DNA of 64,000 nucleotides, taken from a virus. Its lineage: Duplodnaviria > Caudoviricetes. The notes under the pieces were generated by a model. It ran no database searches and was not told the DNA's origin. It saw nothing but the letters and a program-made list of their open reading frames with translations. Position 1 is the stretch's first letter; each line of letters starts with the position of its first letter. Position numbers and translations under genes: made by a program. Positions 10,025-19,717 of this stretch are shown here, one piece after another. The stretch is taken from the IMG/VR virus record IMGVR_UViG_3300032250_000184, positions 8,708 to 72,707 of that record; one strand, given 5' to 3'.

Positions 10025-10699
10025 TTACTTAACCGGTTTTCTTTTAATCATATCCATGAGTACGGCACTCTTTTTTCTTCTTGGTAAATAAACTCCTGGC
10101 TCACCACCTTTACCGCCTGTTCCGGCAATTGCGCCGCCACCGACCACATTCGTTGGACCAACAGAACCACCCATTGCACCATCTTCACTAACTGTTTCTT
10201 CGGTTCTCCATCCGCCACCCATTGCTTTGTATTTTTTCGATGCCCATCCATTTGCATATGCGGATGGGTATACTGCAAATTTAGATTTGGCAGCTGCCTT
10301 AGCACGAGCCCACTTTTCTGGACTTGTTGGTACATTCTTTTCATCAATAGATTCAACTTCTTCTGGTACGCAATTAGGTACCATGCGATTGCCTTTTTTC
10401 TTCAGGCCTTTGGCTGTATATCCATCCCAACAGGCTTCATCGACTTCTTCTGTCTTTACATTGATTGGTGCACCACGGCGCTCTGGATTAGGATCCTCTC
10501 TGCGCTTTCTTTGAGCAGCAGAAGCACGAGCTTCTTTGCCTATTGCATGAGCTTTTGCTTGAGGTAAACACTTTGGTTTACCTTCACCTGGTTCTCTTGC
10601 ACAATCACCTTTAATATTACCTTTAGTGTCCATGCGAACCCACTTCTGTTTAAACCATTGTCTTAAATCTTCATCAAGATATTGTTTAAATGTTTTCAT
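10025..10699 (-). CDS. Internal head protein / basic multidomain polyprotein
   Basis: Starts MKTFKQYLDE (T4 capsid-targeting-like) at 10699; basic modules separated by EEVDE, ESIDE, TVSE linkers. Confidence 0.65.
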   Translation of the reverse strand: MKTFKQYLDEDLRQWFKQKWVRMDTKGNIKGDCAREPGEGKPKCLPQAKAHAIGKEARASAAQRKRREDPNPERRGAPINVKTEEVDEACWDGYTAKGLKKKGNRMVPNCVPEEVESIDEKNVPTSPEKWARAKAAAKSKFAVYPSAYANGWASKKYKAMGGGWRTEETVSEDGAMGGSVGPTNVVGGGAIAGTGGKGGEPGVYLPRRKKSAVLMDMIKRKPVK

Positions 10700-11019
10700 C
10701 AACAATTCCACTTTCTTAAAGCTTTGTTGATACGGCTATCTGGATCATTTGCGGTTTTGGCTGAAGTTAATCTTTTCTTCATGCCACCCATACGAGCACA
10801 AAATGATTTTCTACGATTAGCAGATTTTGAACCTGGTTTTAATTTGGATGGTTTTGTTGTAACGGCCATAGACAACTTTGAACCAGGATTTTCTCTGCGA
10901 TAAGATGCAATACCTTTACGATTTAAACCACCTTCTGGATCTTTGCCGGCAGATCGTTGCCAAGCTGGAGATTTCTCATCCAAATAATCTTCTTCTAGGA
11001 ATTGTTTAAATGTTTTCAT
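10699..11019 (-). CDS. Small basic internal head protein (DUF6321-like)
   Basis: MKTFKQFLEE leader; KSPAWQR...RRKSFCARM...ALRKWNC. Confidence 0.7.
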   Translation of the reverse strand: MKTFKQFLEEDYLDEKSPAWQRSAGKDPEGGLNRKGIASYRRENPGSKLSMAVTTKPSKLKPGSKSANRRKSFCARMGGMKKRLTSAKTANDPDSRINKALRKWNC

Positions 11020-11402
11020 ATTCGTCTAAGTATCTCTGCGATATTATTATCTATTGGAATTTCTGCAACTGGAATGTTTTTACCTTTAACACCGTAAACC
11101 ATTTCAGGAACTATATTCAAATAAGACAAAAAAGTTTTCAAAATATCATAATCTCTTTCGTCTATTTTATAGAACAATATTCTTGCCGTGTGTTCTGGTC
11201 CAAAAACATTATTCAATAAAATAATGTGATTCAATATCAATCTCTCTTTAAGAGATTTTGTAATCTTATATCTACGAAACAATCGTTTTAAGTACTTTGT
11301 TCGTTTGATATCACTTTCAAATTCAGACATGATACAATGTGGTGCATTATAGCACTTAACTGCATATATCATAAAATTGTCGTCATTCAAATCATCAAAC
11401 AT
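11016..11402 (-). CDS. Conserved T4-like hypothetical protein
   Basis: Clean ORF with 4-nt overlap to the next gene. Confidence 0.7.
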   Translation of the reverse strand: MFDDLNDDNFMIYAVKCYNAPHCIMSEFESDIKRTKYLKRLFRRYKITKSLKERLILNHIILLNNVFGPEHTARILFYKIDERDYDILKTFLSYLNIVPEMVYGVKGKNIPVAEIPIDNNIAEILRRI

Positions 11403-11416
11403 ATTATTCTTATTAT

Positions 11417-11438
11417 AAAATGGGAGCCGAAGCTCCCA
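11417..11438 (-). terminator. Intrinsic terminator with UUCG tetraloop
   Basis: Minus strand TGGGAGC-TTCG-GCTCCCA then TTTT. Confidence 0.8.
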
Positions 11439-11459
11439 TATATTCAGTTTAAACTACTA

Positions 11460-12140
11460 TTAAACTACATCCAACTTAGCAGGTGTTGAGTTTGCTGTAG
11501 CTTCTGTGCCTGTTGCAGATACAACAACACGATAGTACCAATTATCAGCATTAGTAAATGTAGGTGTTACTACCAATGCAGCGGATGTACCACCAGAGTA
11601 TGTTGTATTTGCTGGTGTACCGTTAGTTACAGTCGAGTATGTATTGCTGATACCGTTAGCGGCAAACCATTGGTATGTCAACGGAGCTGCTGTATTGCCT
11701 TCGGTGATACTCGCTGTTACACGGAATGTAGCTGTATTACCAACTGTCAAGTTAGCAGTATTGCTGCCTGGTTGCGAACTGATAGTAATTGTGGCGTCTG
11801 GATAAACTGGACTTGTGTTATCAGTAATCATATCACTCATAGCAACCAAAACTTCTTGTGTAACACGACCTGCACGACCACCAGTACCGACTGTGCGTAA
11901 TACCCACCCTGTATGTGCGCCTTGAGCATTGACATCAGCTTCAAATTTATCTACACCGAATATACCAACAGCGGTATTAGCAAGACGGACACCGCCATTT
12001 GGCAATGCATCTTCCCAATATCCTACAGTAGTATTTTGAAACAAATTAGCCGTATTGACTCTTGTTGGTGCAACCTTGACTGCGGCCGTAGACCACAACG
12101 GTGTGTTAGCTGCGTTATCGTAATTTCCCCATGCTGGCAT
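11460..12140 (-). CDS. Virion structural protein with C-terminal Ig-like domain
   Basis: Thr/Ala-rich; ITISSQP...LTYQW...YYRVVVS Ig pattern; late promoter ATAAATA at 12172-12178. Confidence 0.7.
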   Translation of the reverse strand: MPAWGNYDNAANTPLWSTAAVKVAPTRVNTANLFQNTTVGYWEDALPNGGVRLANTAVGIFGVDKFEADVNAQGAHTGWVLRTVGTGGRAGRVTQEVLVAMSDMITDNTSPVYPDATITISSQPGSNTANLTVGNTATFRVTASITEGNTAAPLTYQWFAANGISNTYSTVTNGTPANTTYSGGTSAALVVTPTFTNADNWYYRVVVSATGTEATANSTPAKLDVV

Positions 12141-12170
12141 TTTATTCTCCTTAAATAGCCTTGTTTTTGT

Positions 12171-13601
12171 TTATTTATCTGTTTTCGTACTGCTGTTTTT
12201 GTTATTAGGACTTGATGGTTTTCTCATTACAGGATCAATTTCGAGGGTATCTCTAGTTTGACCCGTTAGTGTCTTGCCACCCTTCAACACCATAGCTGCT
12301 TGGTTATTTTCGTCACCATCAACTTGTACCTTTTCGACCTTTGGTTTCTTACCATAGGTTGCTACGGACTTATCTTCTTTTTCATGGTCGTAAAGTTCTT
12401 CTTTGACCATCTTGTGTTTCTTATACAAAGATTTAATCATTCGAGCAGACTTGGACATTTCTTTTTTACGAGAATAGGTGGGTTCTCTGTCATCAGCTTG
12501 AGTTCCCATATCAAAGGCTGTCTGAGTTGCTGCCTGCGGATCTTGATAGACATCTTCACCCATAGGTTTTACACCTTGTTTGCGTTGAAGATATCCCATC
12601 AGACCTTTTACACGTTTCTTGGCAATTGCATTGGACTTGGCATGTAAATCAGCAAAACCTTTAGACATATCTTTACCTGGTTCAGCTGCATCACGATTTG
12701 TTTGAGCAGTTTTAAGACTTGTTCTAGACTTATCTCTGTAAGAATCTAAAGTCGATTTTGAAATTTCATCAATCTGTTCAACATCTTCAATCACCCAAGG
12801 AACTTCTTCTTTCACTTTCATTTCATCTTTTCTTTTACCAAAAGTGCTATGAACGAGTTTATCTAACTTTTTATGAAATGAAGTTTCTTTTGTTTTGCTT
12901 ATACCATCAGATTCTTTAACAACAGCATCGTGTGGATATTTTTCAGCTGAACTTTTTCCATCTCTAACAACATGCACAGATTGGTTATCTACTTTGGTTA
13001 CTTTACCTTTTTGTTTACCAAAAAATTTAGAATTGACCGTAACAGAATCACCAACTTTATGTGTCTTTGCTAATTTATTGAGTGAGTCGATAAACTTTTG
13101 ATCCGCTTCATTAACTTCAGATTCTTCTTTGTTTAGTTGTTTTTCTAAACGGTCAATAGAACCTTTCATATCTTCTTTACCAGCAGCATGACGAGCTTTC
13201 ATTTCTCTCTCGATGTCATCGTGCTTTCTTGCTCTTTCTGCTGCAGCTTGACGAAACTTATCTAAAGCAGTACCTTGAATAGTTTTGGCTTCATCGACCT
13301 GCACTTCTTCTCTTTGAGCTTTCATCTTATCTCTTGTAACAGAAGAAACATAATCAGCAGGATCATCAAATCTATGGTCTCGTTTCCATTTGGAAAATTC
13401 AGCAGATTTAGCGTGTGAAATTTTTGTATCTCTACTTACAAATTCAGGATTGATTCCTCTTGATTTTAAGTAAGAGGATAAAAATCCAGCTTCACCTTCT
13501 GTGATTCCGGCACGGGCTGACCATGGTTCATTAGGATCGGTGCCAAAGGTGGGTTTTAGTTCACCTTTGATAATCACCTTTAGTTTTTTAGCTAAACTCA
13601 T
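12171..13601 (-). CDS. Internal head polyprotein-like protein
   Basis: Basic blocks separated by EEVQVDE, ESEVNE, EDVEQIDE linkers. Confidence 0.6.
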   Translation of the reverse strand: MSLAKKLKVIIKGELKPTFGTDPNEPWSARAGITEGEAGFLSSYLKSRGINPEFVSRDTKISHAKSAEFSKWKRDHRFDDPADYVSSVTRDKMKAQREEVQVDEAKTIQGTALDKFRQAAAERARKHDDIEREMKARHAAGKEDMKGSIDRLEKQLNKEESEVNEADQKFIDSLNKLAKTHKVGDSVTVNSKFFGKQKGKVTKVDNQSVHVVRDGKSSAEKYPHDAVVKESDGISKTKETSFHKKLDKLVHSTFGKRKDEMKVKEEVPWVIEDVEQIDEISKSTLDSYRDKSRTSLKTAQTNRDAAEPGKDMSKGFADLHAKSNAIAKKRVKGLMGYLQRKQGVKPMGEDVYQDPQAATQTAFDMGTQADDREPTYSRKKEMSKSARMIKSLYKKHKMVKEELYDHEKEDKSVATYGKKPKVEKVQVDGDENNQAAMVLKGGKTLTGQTRDTLEIDPVMRKPSSPNNKNSSTKTDK

Positions 13602-13609
13602 CTTGTACC

Positions 13610-14977
13610 TTAACCGTTATTACCAGGAGCCTTACCCAGCATTTCTGTTTTAACACGTTTCATTGCTGATTGAGCCAAATCTTTTGCACGACTCATTGGT
13701 GTGTGTTTTGCACCAGATTTATCTGTCGTTACTTTATCAATTTTTTTGTATGGACCATCAAAAGGAGGTTGGTCTGCATTTGTTACAAAAGGAACATTAT
13801 CTGTTTCTGGCTGTTTGCCTTCGTTAGTTTCTTTTTTACCTGCCAAGAAACGGCCAAAGTTTTTCAAGTCAGACTTAACTGTGGGTTTTTTACCCATATC
13901 TTTTAAATAAGATTTGTCTGCAATGTCTGTATTCTTTGGTGGAGTTGCCTCATCCAACTCAACTTCTTCTTTACGAACAATGCCTGCTGGAGGAATTGAT
14001 ACCAAACCACCATGGCCAACATGTGGGTCACGAGCAGTCATGTTCATTGGATCAGAGTTTGGGATCCTATTTTTTGTTTCAGCCGCTTCTTTATCTTTAG
14101 CTGAAACTCTTACTTTGAATTGTTTAAATGTGTTTGACATACCACCCGGCATACGACCAGCAACGGTGTCTGTTGTTACAGGATAACTATCATCTACCGA
14201 CTCATTGCGTTTCTTTGCATAGTAAGCTGCAAGTGCCATCTTTTGACGCTTCTTAACTGATTTACCAGCAAATTTAGGATTATCCGAATGAACAAAATCA
14301 CTAATCCAATCACCAGCAGTTGCATCTTTAGATAGCACTTCATTGAGTTCAGCTTCAAACTGAGCTTCTTCTTCGATGTAGTTTGTGATTAGTCTATCTT
14401 TGAAAAATTCTTCTTTCTTGACTTTTTCTTTCTCAACACCAACCAGTTGTTTAGTTGTAGGACCTTTGATTTTATCAATATCCTTCTTAACTTGGTCACG
14501 GCGTGCTTTAGCTGAATCACCATAAGAAGATCCATAAACTTTCATGCCTGTAGTCGTAGCTACTTTTTCAGCTTCGTCCAATTCAGTTTCTTCACCACGC
14601 AACTTAGCCAAATCACCAGCATCAATTTCATCTTTTGGATGATTGAGTTTAGCAATCTTCTTTTGTTTTGGTGATAGTTCTTCTTTATGCATCTTATCTA
14701 CATGCTTACTGACTTCACCATCTTTGCCGTGTAATCTTTTTTCGTGCTTTTTCACTTCATCTTCACAAGAAGCTTCTTTTATTTCTTTACCGTATGAAAC
14801 TTCTTCACCTTGAACTTTAACAGGATATGTTTTGCCTTTAAACGAAAACATTTTTTCGCCTTTGGTGTGAGCAGCATAAGCGGCTTTGCGTAGACCTGTT
14901 TCTTCCAAGTCGGCTTCGTCCATACACTTTTTAACTGCTTCAGCAATTTCATCCATCTTTAACTTATTGACAAACAT
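13610..14977 (-). CDS. Internal head polyprotein-like protein
   Basis: Basic blocks separated by ADLEE, EETELDE, AELNE, EEVELDE linkers. Confidence 0.6.
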   Translation of the reverse strand: MFVNKLKMDEIAEAVKKCMDEADLEETGLRKAAYAAHTKGEKMFSFKGKTYPVKVQGEEVSYGKEIKEASCEDEVKKHEKRLHGKDGEVSKHVDKMHKEELSPKQKKIAKLNHPKDEIDAGDLAKLRGEETELDEAEKVATTTGMKVYGSSYGDSAKARRDQVKKDIDKIKGPTTKQLVGVEKEKVKKEEFFKDRLITNYIEEEAQFEAELNEVLSKDATAGDWISDFVHSDNPKFAGKSVKKRQKMALAAYYAKKRNESVDDSYPVTTDTVAGRMPGGMSNTFKQFKVRVSAKDKEAAETKNRIPNSDPMNMTARDPHVGHGGLVSIPPAGIVRKEEVELDEATPPKNTDIADKSYLKDMGKKPTVKSDLKNFGRFLAGKKETNEGKQPETDNVPFVTNADQPPFDGPYKKIDKVTTDKSGAKHTPMSRAKDLAQSAMKRVKTEMLGKAPGNNG

Positions 14978-14978
14978 T

Positions 14979-16964
14979 TTATTTCTCCTGTTTTTTGTCT
15001 TTTATCCAACAATCTGGTATTTTACCGTGCTTCTTTACAAAATCGTTATGTAAATCTTTTCCTGTTATGTTTTCATCTTTGGCGATTTTCATCATCAATT
15101 TATGTATTGTGTCATAATCAGTATTTTGTAGTTTTTTTAAACCACTTTCTAATTTTTCTACATGATCCTCTTTAATGGATTTCTTTTTCTTGGTAATAGC
15201 CACACCAATATTTCGCTCTGCATCTTTGTAAGACTGCATGGGTTCAAAATTTGTCGCACCATTCAGAACACCACCTACTCCCATATCCGATATGGAAGTA
15301 TCATTCTGAAATCCTTTGTATTCTTTAATTGTTTTTCTAAAACTATTAAATTCTTTTTGTTCTCTGTATGTTACATCGCCTAGACCGGACATGGGATATA
15401 CTGTTCCCTGCTGGCGTGTATCGAATTCTGGCCCCACACCCGTGGTGTTTCGTAGTCTTTGACTTACTGTTGGAGCATCCGAATATCGTTTTTTATTCTT
15501 TACTTTGTCTTTGTCTTGGGAGAAGTTGGCTTCTTTTGGGACTGGGTTGATCGTGAGCGTGGGTTTGCTTTCTTCGCTGTAGGTGCGGAAGATGTAGGTT
15601 TTTGTTCTTTTTGGTGCGTCCCACTTGATGTCGTCTGCGTTGGGGTCTCCTGCACGATTGTCGGCTGGGATACTGTCAAGACCGGCGGCTTGGAGTCCTC
15701 GGTTGGTTTTGATCTGAATAAATTTATTAGCGCTTTGAACATTTCTTTCTTCCTTAATAATATCAAGTTTATCACCTATATTTAACTTACCGTGGTTTTC
15801 GAGCCATGATAATGATACTTCATTATAGGATTTATTTTCTATAAATGCATTTATATTTATGTAGGTATTTGTGATATCTTGTTCAATTGATTCCAATGAA
15901 CCAGTATTGTCAATTTGTATAAAATCACCAAAAGATTCTGAAAAAAGTCTTTTGTTTTTCTGAGATTGTGACCACTTGTCATATCTAATCGATTCGACCA
16001 TCATCCTAGACAGTTTGGTGTTTCTTTCTTGACTAATTTCGTTTGTTGTATTGACAAACACCATCATTGTGGAATAACCTAATTCTTCCAGTTCTTCTTT
16101 AATATGGTTAATCTTATCAATATTATCTGCTGGTCCATTAATGATTAAAGGACCACGATTTCGAATGGACTCTCTACGGAAATCGCTTGTCTTTTCTGCA
16201 AGTTTCTGTTTATCAGCAAGGTAATCAAAGGCTTGCGTAGCATTCAATTCTACCGCTCTCGATTCTGCAATGGCTTCACGAATAATAACATCTTTGCCTG
16301 AACCAGGTCCACCAGTAACAAAGATAGCTTTGAATAGTCCACGATTGATATTTTCGTGTATTCCCATGCCTTTACGAGTATCATGATAGAGTTCTTTTGC
16401 TTGGTGGTCGGCAACATGACCAGGAACACCTTTTTTGAATTCTTTATAATTACCTGAAGCCGCATGACTACGCATTTTGGTGCCTGACATACCTTCAGAA
16501 CCCTCTGCATCAGGATCACGATGGCCTGCGGAATGTACAGTAATTTTCTTAAAGTTGTATAATGCACCTTTGTGTGTGCCATTATATTGGTGCAGTTTTT
16601 CTTTCATTTCTTTAACACGGTCAGAACCAACGACCATGTGTAAATGAGTTACGCCAGCCTTATGTAACTTCTCTGCGTGATGTAAGAATGTTGGATGTTC
16701 TTTTGAGGACGACTCAATGTGAGTGCCTGGAGAGTATCTTTTGAGATGTTTGACCTTGGTTTCACCAGATAGTGGATTCTTCTTAGAATCCTGTGAGTGA
16801 GAAACCACAACAGAATGACTGGCTTTATTTTTATCAGCGACTTCTTTTACTTTGTCGATTAACTTTAAATGACCTGTGGTTGGTGGATTCATCCGACCAA
16901 AGGTCATTACATGGTGTTTTTCGCCTTGTTTTGTTTCTTCGACTAACTCTAAAAAAGATTTCAT
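14979..16964 (-). CDS. Cytidylyltransferase-like (HxGH) nucleotidyltransferase fused to a P-loop kinase
   Basis: TFGRMNPPTTGH, VVGSDR, MSGTKMR; second domain IFVTGGPGSGKD; MKSFLELVEE leader. Confidence 0.8.
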   Translation of the reverse strand: MKSFLELVEETKQGEKHHVMTFGRMNPPTTGHLKLIDKVKEVADKNKASHSVVVSHSQDSKKNPLSGETKVKHLKRYSPGTHIESSSKEHPTFLHHAEKLHKAGVTHLHMVVGSDRVKEMKEKLHQYNGTHKGALYNFKKITVHSAGHRDPDAEGSEGMSGTKMRSHAASGNYKEFKKGVPGHVADHQAKELYHDTRKGMGIHENINRGLFKAIFVTGGPGSGKDVIIREAIAESRAVELNATQAFDYLADKQKLAEKTSDFRRESIRNRGPLIINGPADNIDKINHIKEELEELGYSTMMVFVNTTNEISQERNTKLSRMMVESIRYDKWSQSQKNKRLFSESFGDFIQIDNTGSLESIEQDITNTYININAFIENKSYNEVSLSWLENHGKLNIGDKLDIIKEERNVQSANKFIQIKTNRGLQAAGLDSIPADNRAGDPNADDIKWDAPKRTKTYIFRTYSEESKPTLTINPVPKEANFSQDKDKVKNKKRYSDAPTVSQRLRNTTGVGPEFDTRQQGTVYPMSGLGDVTYREQKEFNSFRKTIKEYKGFQNDTSISDMGVGGVLNGATNFEPMQSYKDAERNIGVAITKKKKSIKEDHVEKLESGLKKLQNTDYDTIHKLMMKIAKDENITGKDLHNDFVKKHGKIPDCWIKDKKQEK

Positions 16965-18151
16965 TTTCTAACTTTTAATAAATTTTGTTTAGCAAATTCA
17001 GCACGGTTAACCAATTTGGTTGGTTGATTGTCGTGATGAACTACGAAACCTTCAGGTTTAGACTTTTTACCTTCAATATGGTGTTGGTAATGTCCCTCAT
17101 GTGTTTCTAATGATTTAACCAAAGCGTTTTTGGCTTGGTGTAAATGGTGATGCATTGACAATAAGTTTCCATAATGTGCTTTGTGTTTTTCAACATGAGA
17201 GATTTCAGACTCTCCCTGTTTTGTTTTTTCTGATTTGGATTTATCAGTTTTAACTTTTGCAGCCATTTTAGAATGAACATCATGTAAGTGTTCTTTAAAA
17301 CCTTTTACACTAGGCACTTCATCGTGTCTTACTGTCTTGTTTATGTATGTCGATAGGTGGCCAGCTTCTCCACTATGATTTTTGTGTATAGAATCATACA
17401 TTTTGTGGCCATGGGTATCATGAATTTCTTTGGCGGCCGCCATATGTTTCTGAAAGTGTTTCTCGTTCTCGGCTGAGTGTTTAACTTTACTTGTATCATG
17501 TTCAGCACCATGGATGTGTACATCCGGATGTTCTTTAAACTTACTCATATCAACATGAGGTGTATTGTGTTTCAAGTCGTGACTATATTGAGTGTGAACC
17601 ACGACACCAACTTTAGACTTTTTAATCTTGTCAGCTTCTTTACCTTTAGCGGTATATGTGATGGTATTTGGTGTGAAAGAAACATCACCTTTAGCTTCTG
17701 CTAGATAACCCTCGTGTAGTGTTTTGGTATCTGCATGGTGCATCAAGTCGCCTTGAAACACTCCTTGTTTAGGTGTTACTTTTGGTAGATGTTTGAGAGC
17801 GTGTTTGAGTGTTTTTGCTAATCCTGGTGCATGGCCATGATTTCTATCAATATCAGCTTCTGTGTGGTTAATCTTTGGATTCTTATTGAAAGCCGATTTG
17901 GTCGCAACAAAGAATTTATTATTCTTAGGATGATGACCAAAAACAATCGATGGTGAACCATCATATTTCATTGTCAGATTGGTACTTTTATGTCCACCAG
18001 TCATGTGTGCGTGGGCTTTCATCAAAGCTGCATGGGCGTGTTCAAAACCAGAATGTCCATGCATTAAAGGTCTATCTTCAGCATGATGAATGTGTTTAAG
18101 TTCAGAACCTGTTTCAGATTCTTCTTTTAAGAATGACTTAAATGATAACAT
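16961..18151 (-). CDS. ATP-dependent ligase-like nucleotidyltransferase (DUF6267-like)
   Basis: Motif I KYDGSP, FQGDLM, motif IV-like PEGFVV, KLVNR; MLSFKSFLKEE leader. Confidence 0.7.
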   Translation of the reverse strand: MLSFKSFLKEESETGSELKHIHHAEDRPLMHGHSGFEHAHAALMKAHAHMTGGHKSTNLTMKYDGSPSIVFGHHPKNNKFFVATKSAFNKNPKINHTEADIDRNHGHAPGLAKTLKHALKHLPKVTPKQGVFQGDLMHHADTKTLHEGYLAEAKGDVSFTPNTITYTAKGKEADKIKKSKVGVVVHTQYSHDLKHNTPHVDMSKFKEHPDVHIHGAEHDTSKVKHSAENEKHFQKHMAAAKEIHDTHGHKMYDSIHKNHSGEAGHLSTYINKTVRHDEVPSVKGFKEHLHDVHSKMAAKVKTDKSKSEKTKQGESEISHVEKHKAHYGNLLSMHHHLHQAKNALVKSLETHEGHYQHHIEGKKSKPEGFVVHHDNQPTKLVNRAEFAKQNLLKVRK

Positions 18152-18196
18152 TGATTTCCTTACTAGATTTGCAACACACTTTGGTTGCCGTTCGCT

Positions 18197-18204
18197 TATT
18201 TATA
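18197..18204 (-). promoter_or_regulatory. T4-type late promoter TATAAATA
   Basis: Exact consensus 46 nt upstream of the ligase-like gene. Confidence 0.8.
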
Positions 18205-18275
18205 CAACTTTTGGATTTATACAGCTAAACTATAGAAAGATTGGGTTCGATACATAGTGCATCAAATGTTGTCTT

Positions 18276-18989
18276 TTAATTCCATTTTGTATTTTCAAAA
18301 TCCAACCAATAGTTTGACATGATACCTTTTCCTTGTAATAGATAGAATGGTAAAGTATGAATCAATCCTCTACTGGAGTTGTAGTATAACATATCCTTAG
18401 GTCCTCTGTCAAGCGCCCATGCAAAATGACTAGAACCAGTATCACCACCTACAAATACCTCGGCTGTGGTAATGTGGTAATAATTCTGAACAAAGTTGGT
18501 AGAATACCGCCAGCCTTCAAATGGGCAACCTTCTGTTGGCTCACCTTTTTTACAGATTATTTTCTCATAATCTTTATATTCATCAGCACTAAATTTTTCA
18601 ATTAATTTTGGTAAGAGTTCTTTAGGCCAATTTCGATATGTGTTATATGGTGCATCAAACAATGGAAAAATAACAATCTTCTTCTCCATTTGAGCATCGT
18701 TAGGTATTTTTACCAGGTCACCAGAGATATCTCTAAAGTCCCAAACATTGACCTTTCTCCAAGGTAAAGACTCCGCACCTTCTTCTTTGGAGAAATAGTT
18801 AGTCATCTTCAACATTATCTCATAAAATGTTTGACAATGTGTGTCTGAGCTAACATTTCCTGGTTTCAAATGAAACTGTATTGTAGGATTGTTATTTGTT
18901 TTTCTGATGTGTTCCAATACATTGGCAACAGCAATCATATCACCATTACGAATTGTACCAAAGGTGTCTGGTTCAATGTTAATGATCAT
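18276..18989 (-). CDS. GT9 (heptosyltransferase)-like glycosyltransferase
   Basis: C-terminal FVGGDTGSSHFA resembles the GT9 DTGxxH motif. Confidence 0.6.
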   Translation of the reverse strand: MIINIEPDTFGTIRNGDMIAVANVLEHIRKTNNNPTIQFHLKPGNVSSDTHCQTFYEIMLKMTNYFSKEEGAESLPWRKVNVWDFRDISGDLVKIPNDAQMEKKIVIFPLFDAPYNTYRNWPKELLPKLIEKFSADEYKDYEKIICKKGEPTEGCPFEGWRYSTNFVQNYYHITTAEVFVGGDTGSSHFAWALDRGPKDMLYYNSSRGLIHTLPFYLLQGKGIMSNYWLDFENTKWN

Positions 18990-19717
18990 ATTGTGATATC
19001 CTTCACATGAATCAATTTCGATTTACGATTACCATAATAGTGTCGTTTAAAATCGAACTCAACCGGATGGCCATCCCAAGTTCTCATATCTTCGTCCCAA
19101 CCAACGATTGTTTCTTTATTCATTAGGTCAGCAATAATACCAATACCTGTAAATGTAGTAATAAATGGATTAGGATTCTGTTTGATAAGATTGCAATTAT
19201 ACATTAATGTCTTTGAGTAGTCCATGTATACAACTTTGTCATCATCAAGATTTGCACCATTCTCAATTACATTGGTGTATCGTCTTGCATCAACATTAGG
19301 ATCTTGTTTTGCGGACCACCTATCACCAATAATAGTTTTATTACGCAAATCATCAATAAGCATTGGGAAAACTTTAATCTCAAAGTCATCATCAACTTGA
19401 AACAACATTCTATAATTGTCATTTACCCAATTCTCATAACGACAGGTCTCAATAGGACGATTCGAATCTTCTTGGTCCATGCGTGTCCATGAACTAATAG
19501 TCATAACATCACCAAAAACAAGTAAATCATCTGAGAAATCCACATCCCCAATCATTGGTTGATATTTTAGAAACTCTTTGATGCCATTAAACTTACGCAT
19601 TTCTGGTCTAATGATAAGGTGAATTTTCTCATTCTTGTATTTTGAGATACCGGATATTACAGGTAATGCATTACAGAAATCACCAAGATTGGCCGTGCAA
19701 TCAATTTTAATCTTCAT
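18986..19717 (-). CDS. Glycosyltransferase-like protein (GT9-like N-terminus)
   Basis: NLGDFCNALP resembles the GT9 N-terminal LGD motif; cluster context. Confidence 0.5.
   Translation of the reverse strand: MKIKIDCTANLGDFCNALPVISGISKYKNEKIHLIIRPEMRKFNGIKEFLKYQPMIGDVDFSDDLLVFGDVMTISSWTRMDQEDSNRPIETCRYENWVNDNYRMLFQVDDDFEIKVFPMLIDDLRNKTIIGDRWSAKQDPNVDARRYTNVIENGANLDDDKVVYMDYSKTLMYNCNLIKQNPNPFITTFTGIGIIADLMNKETIVGWDEDMRTWDGHPVEFDFKRHYYGNRKSKLIHVKDITI

Noticed and set aside
18225-18278. 16 in-frame codons after the TAA of the GT9-like gene (possible readthrough)
   Set aside because: Too short to distinguish from chance, and other genes give no sign of stop-codon recoding
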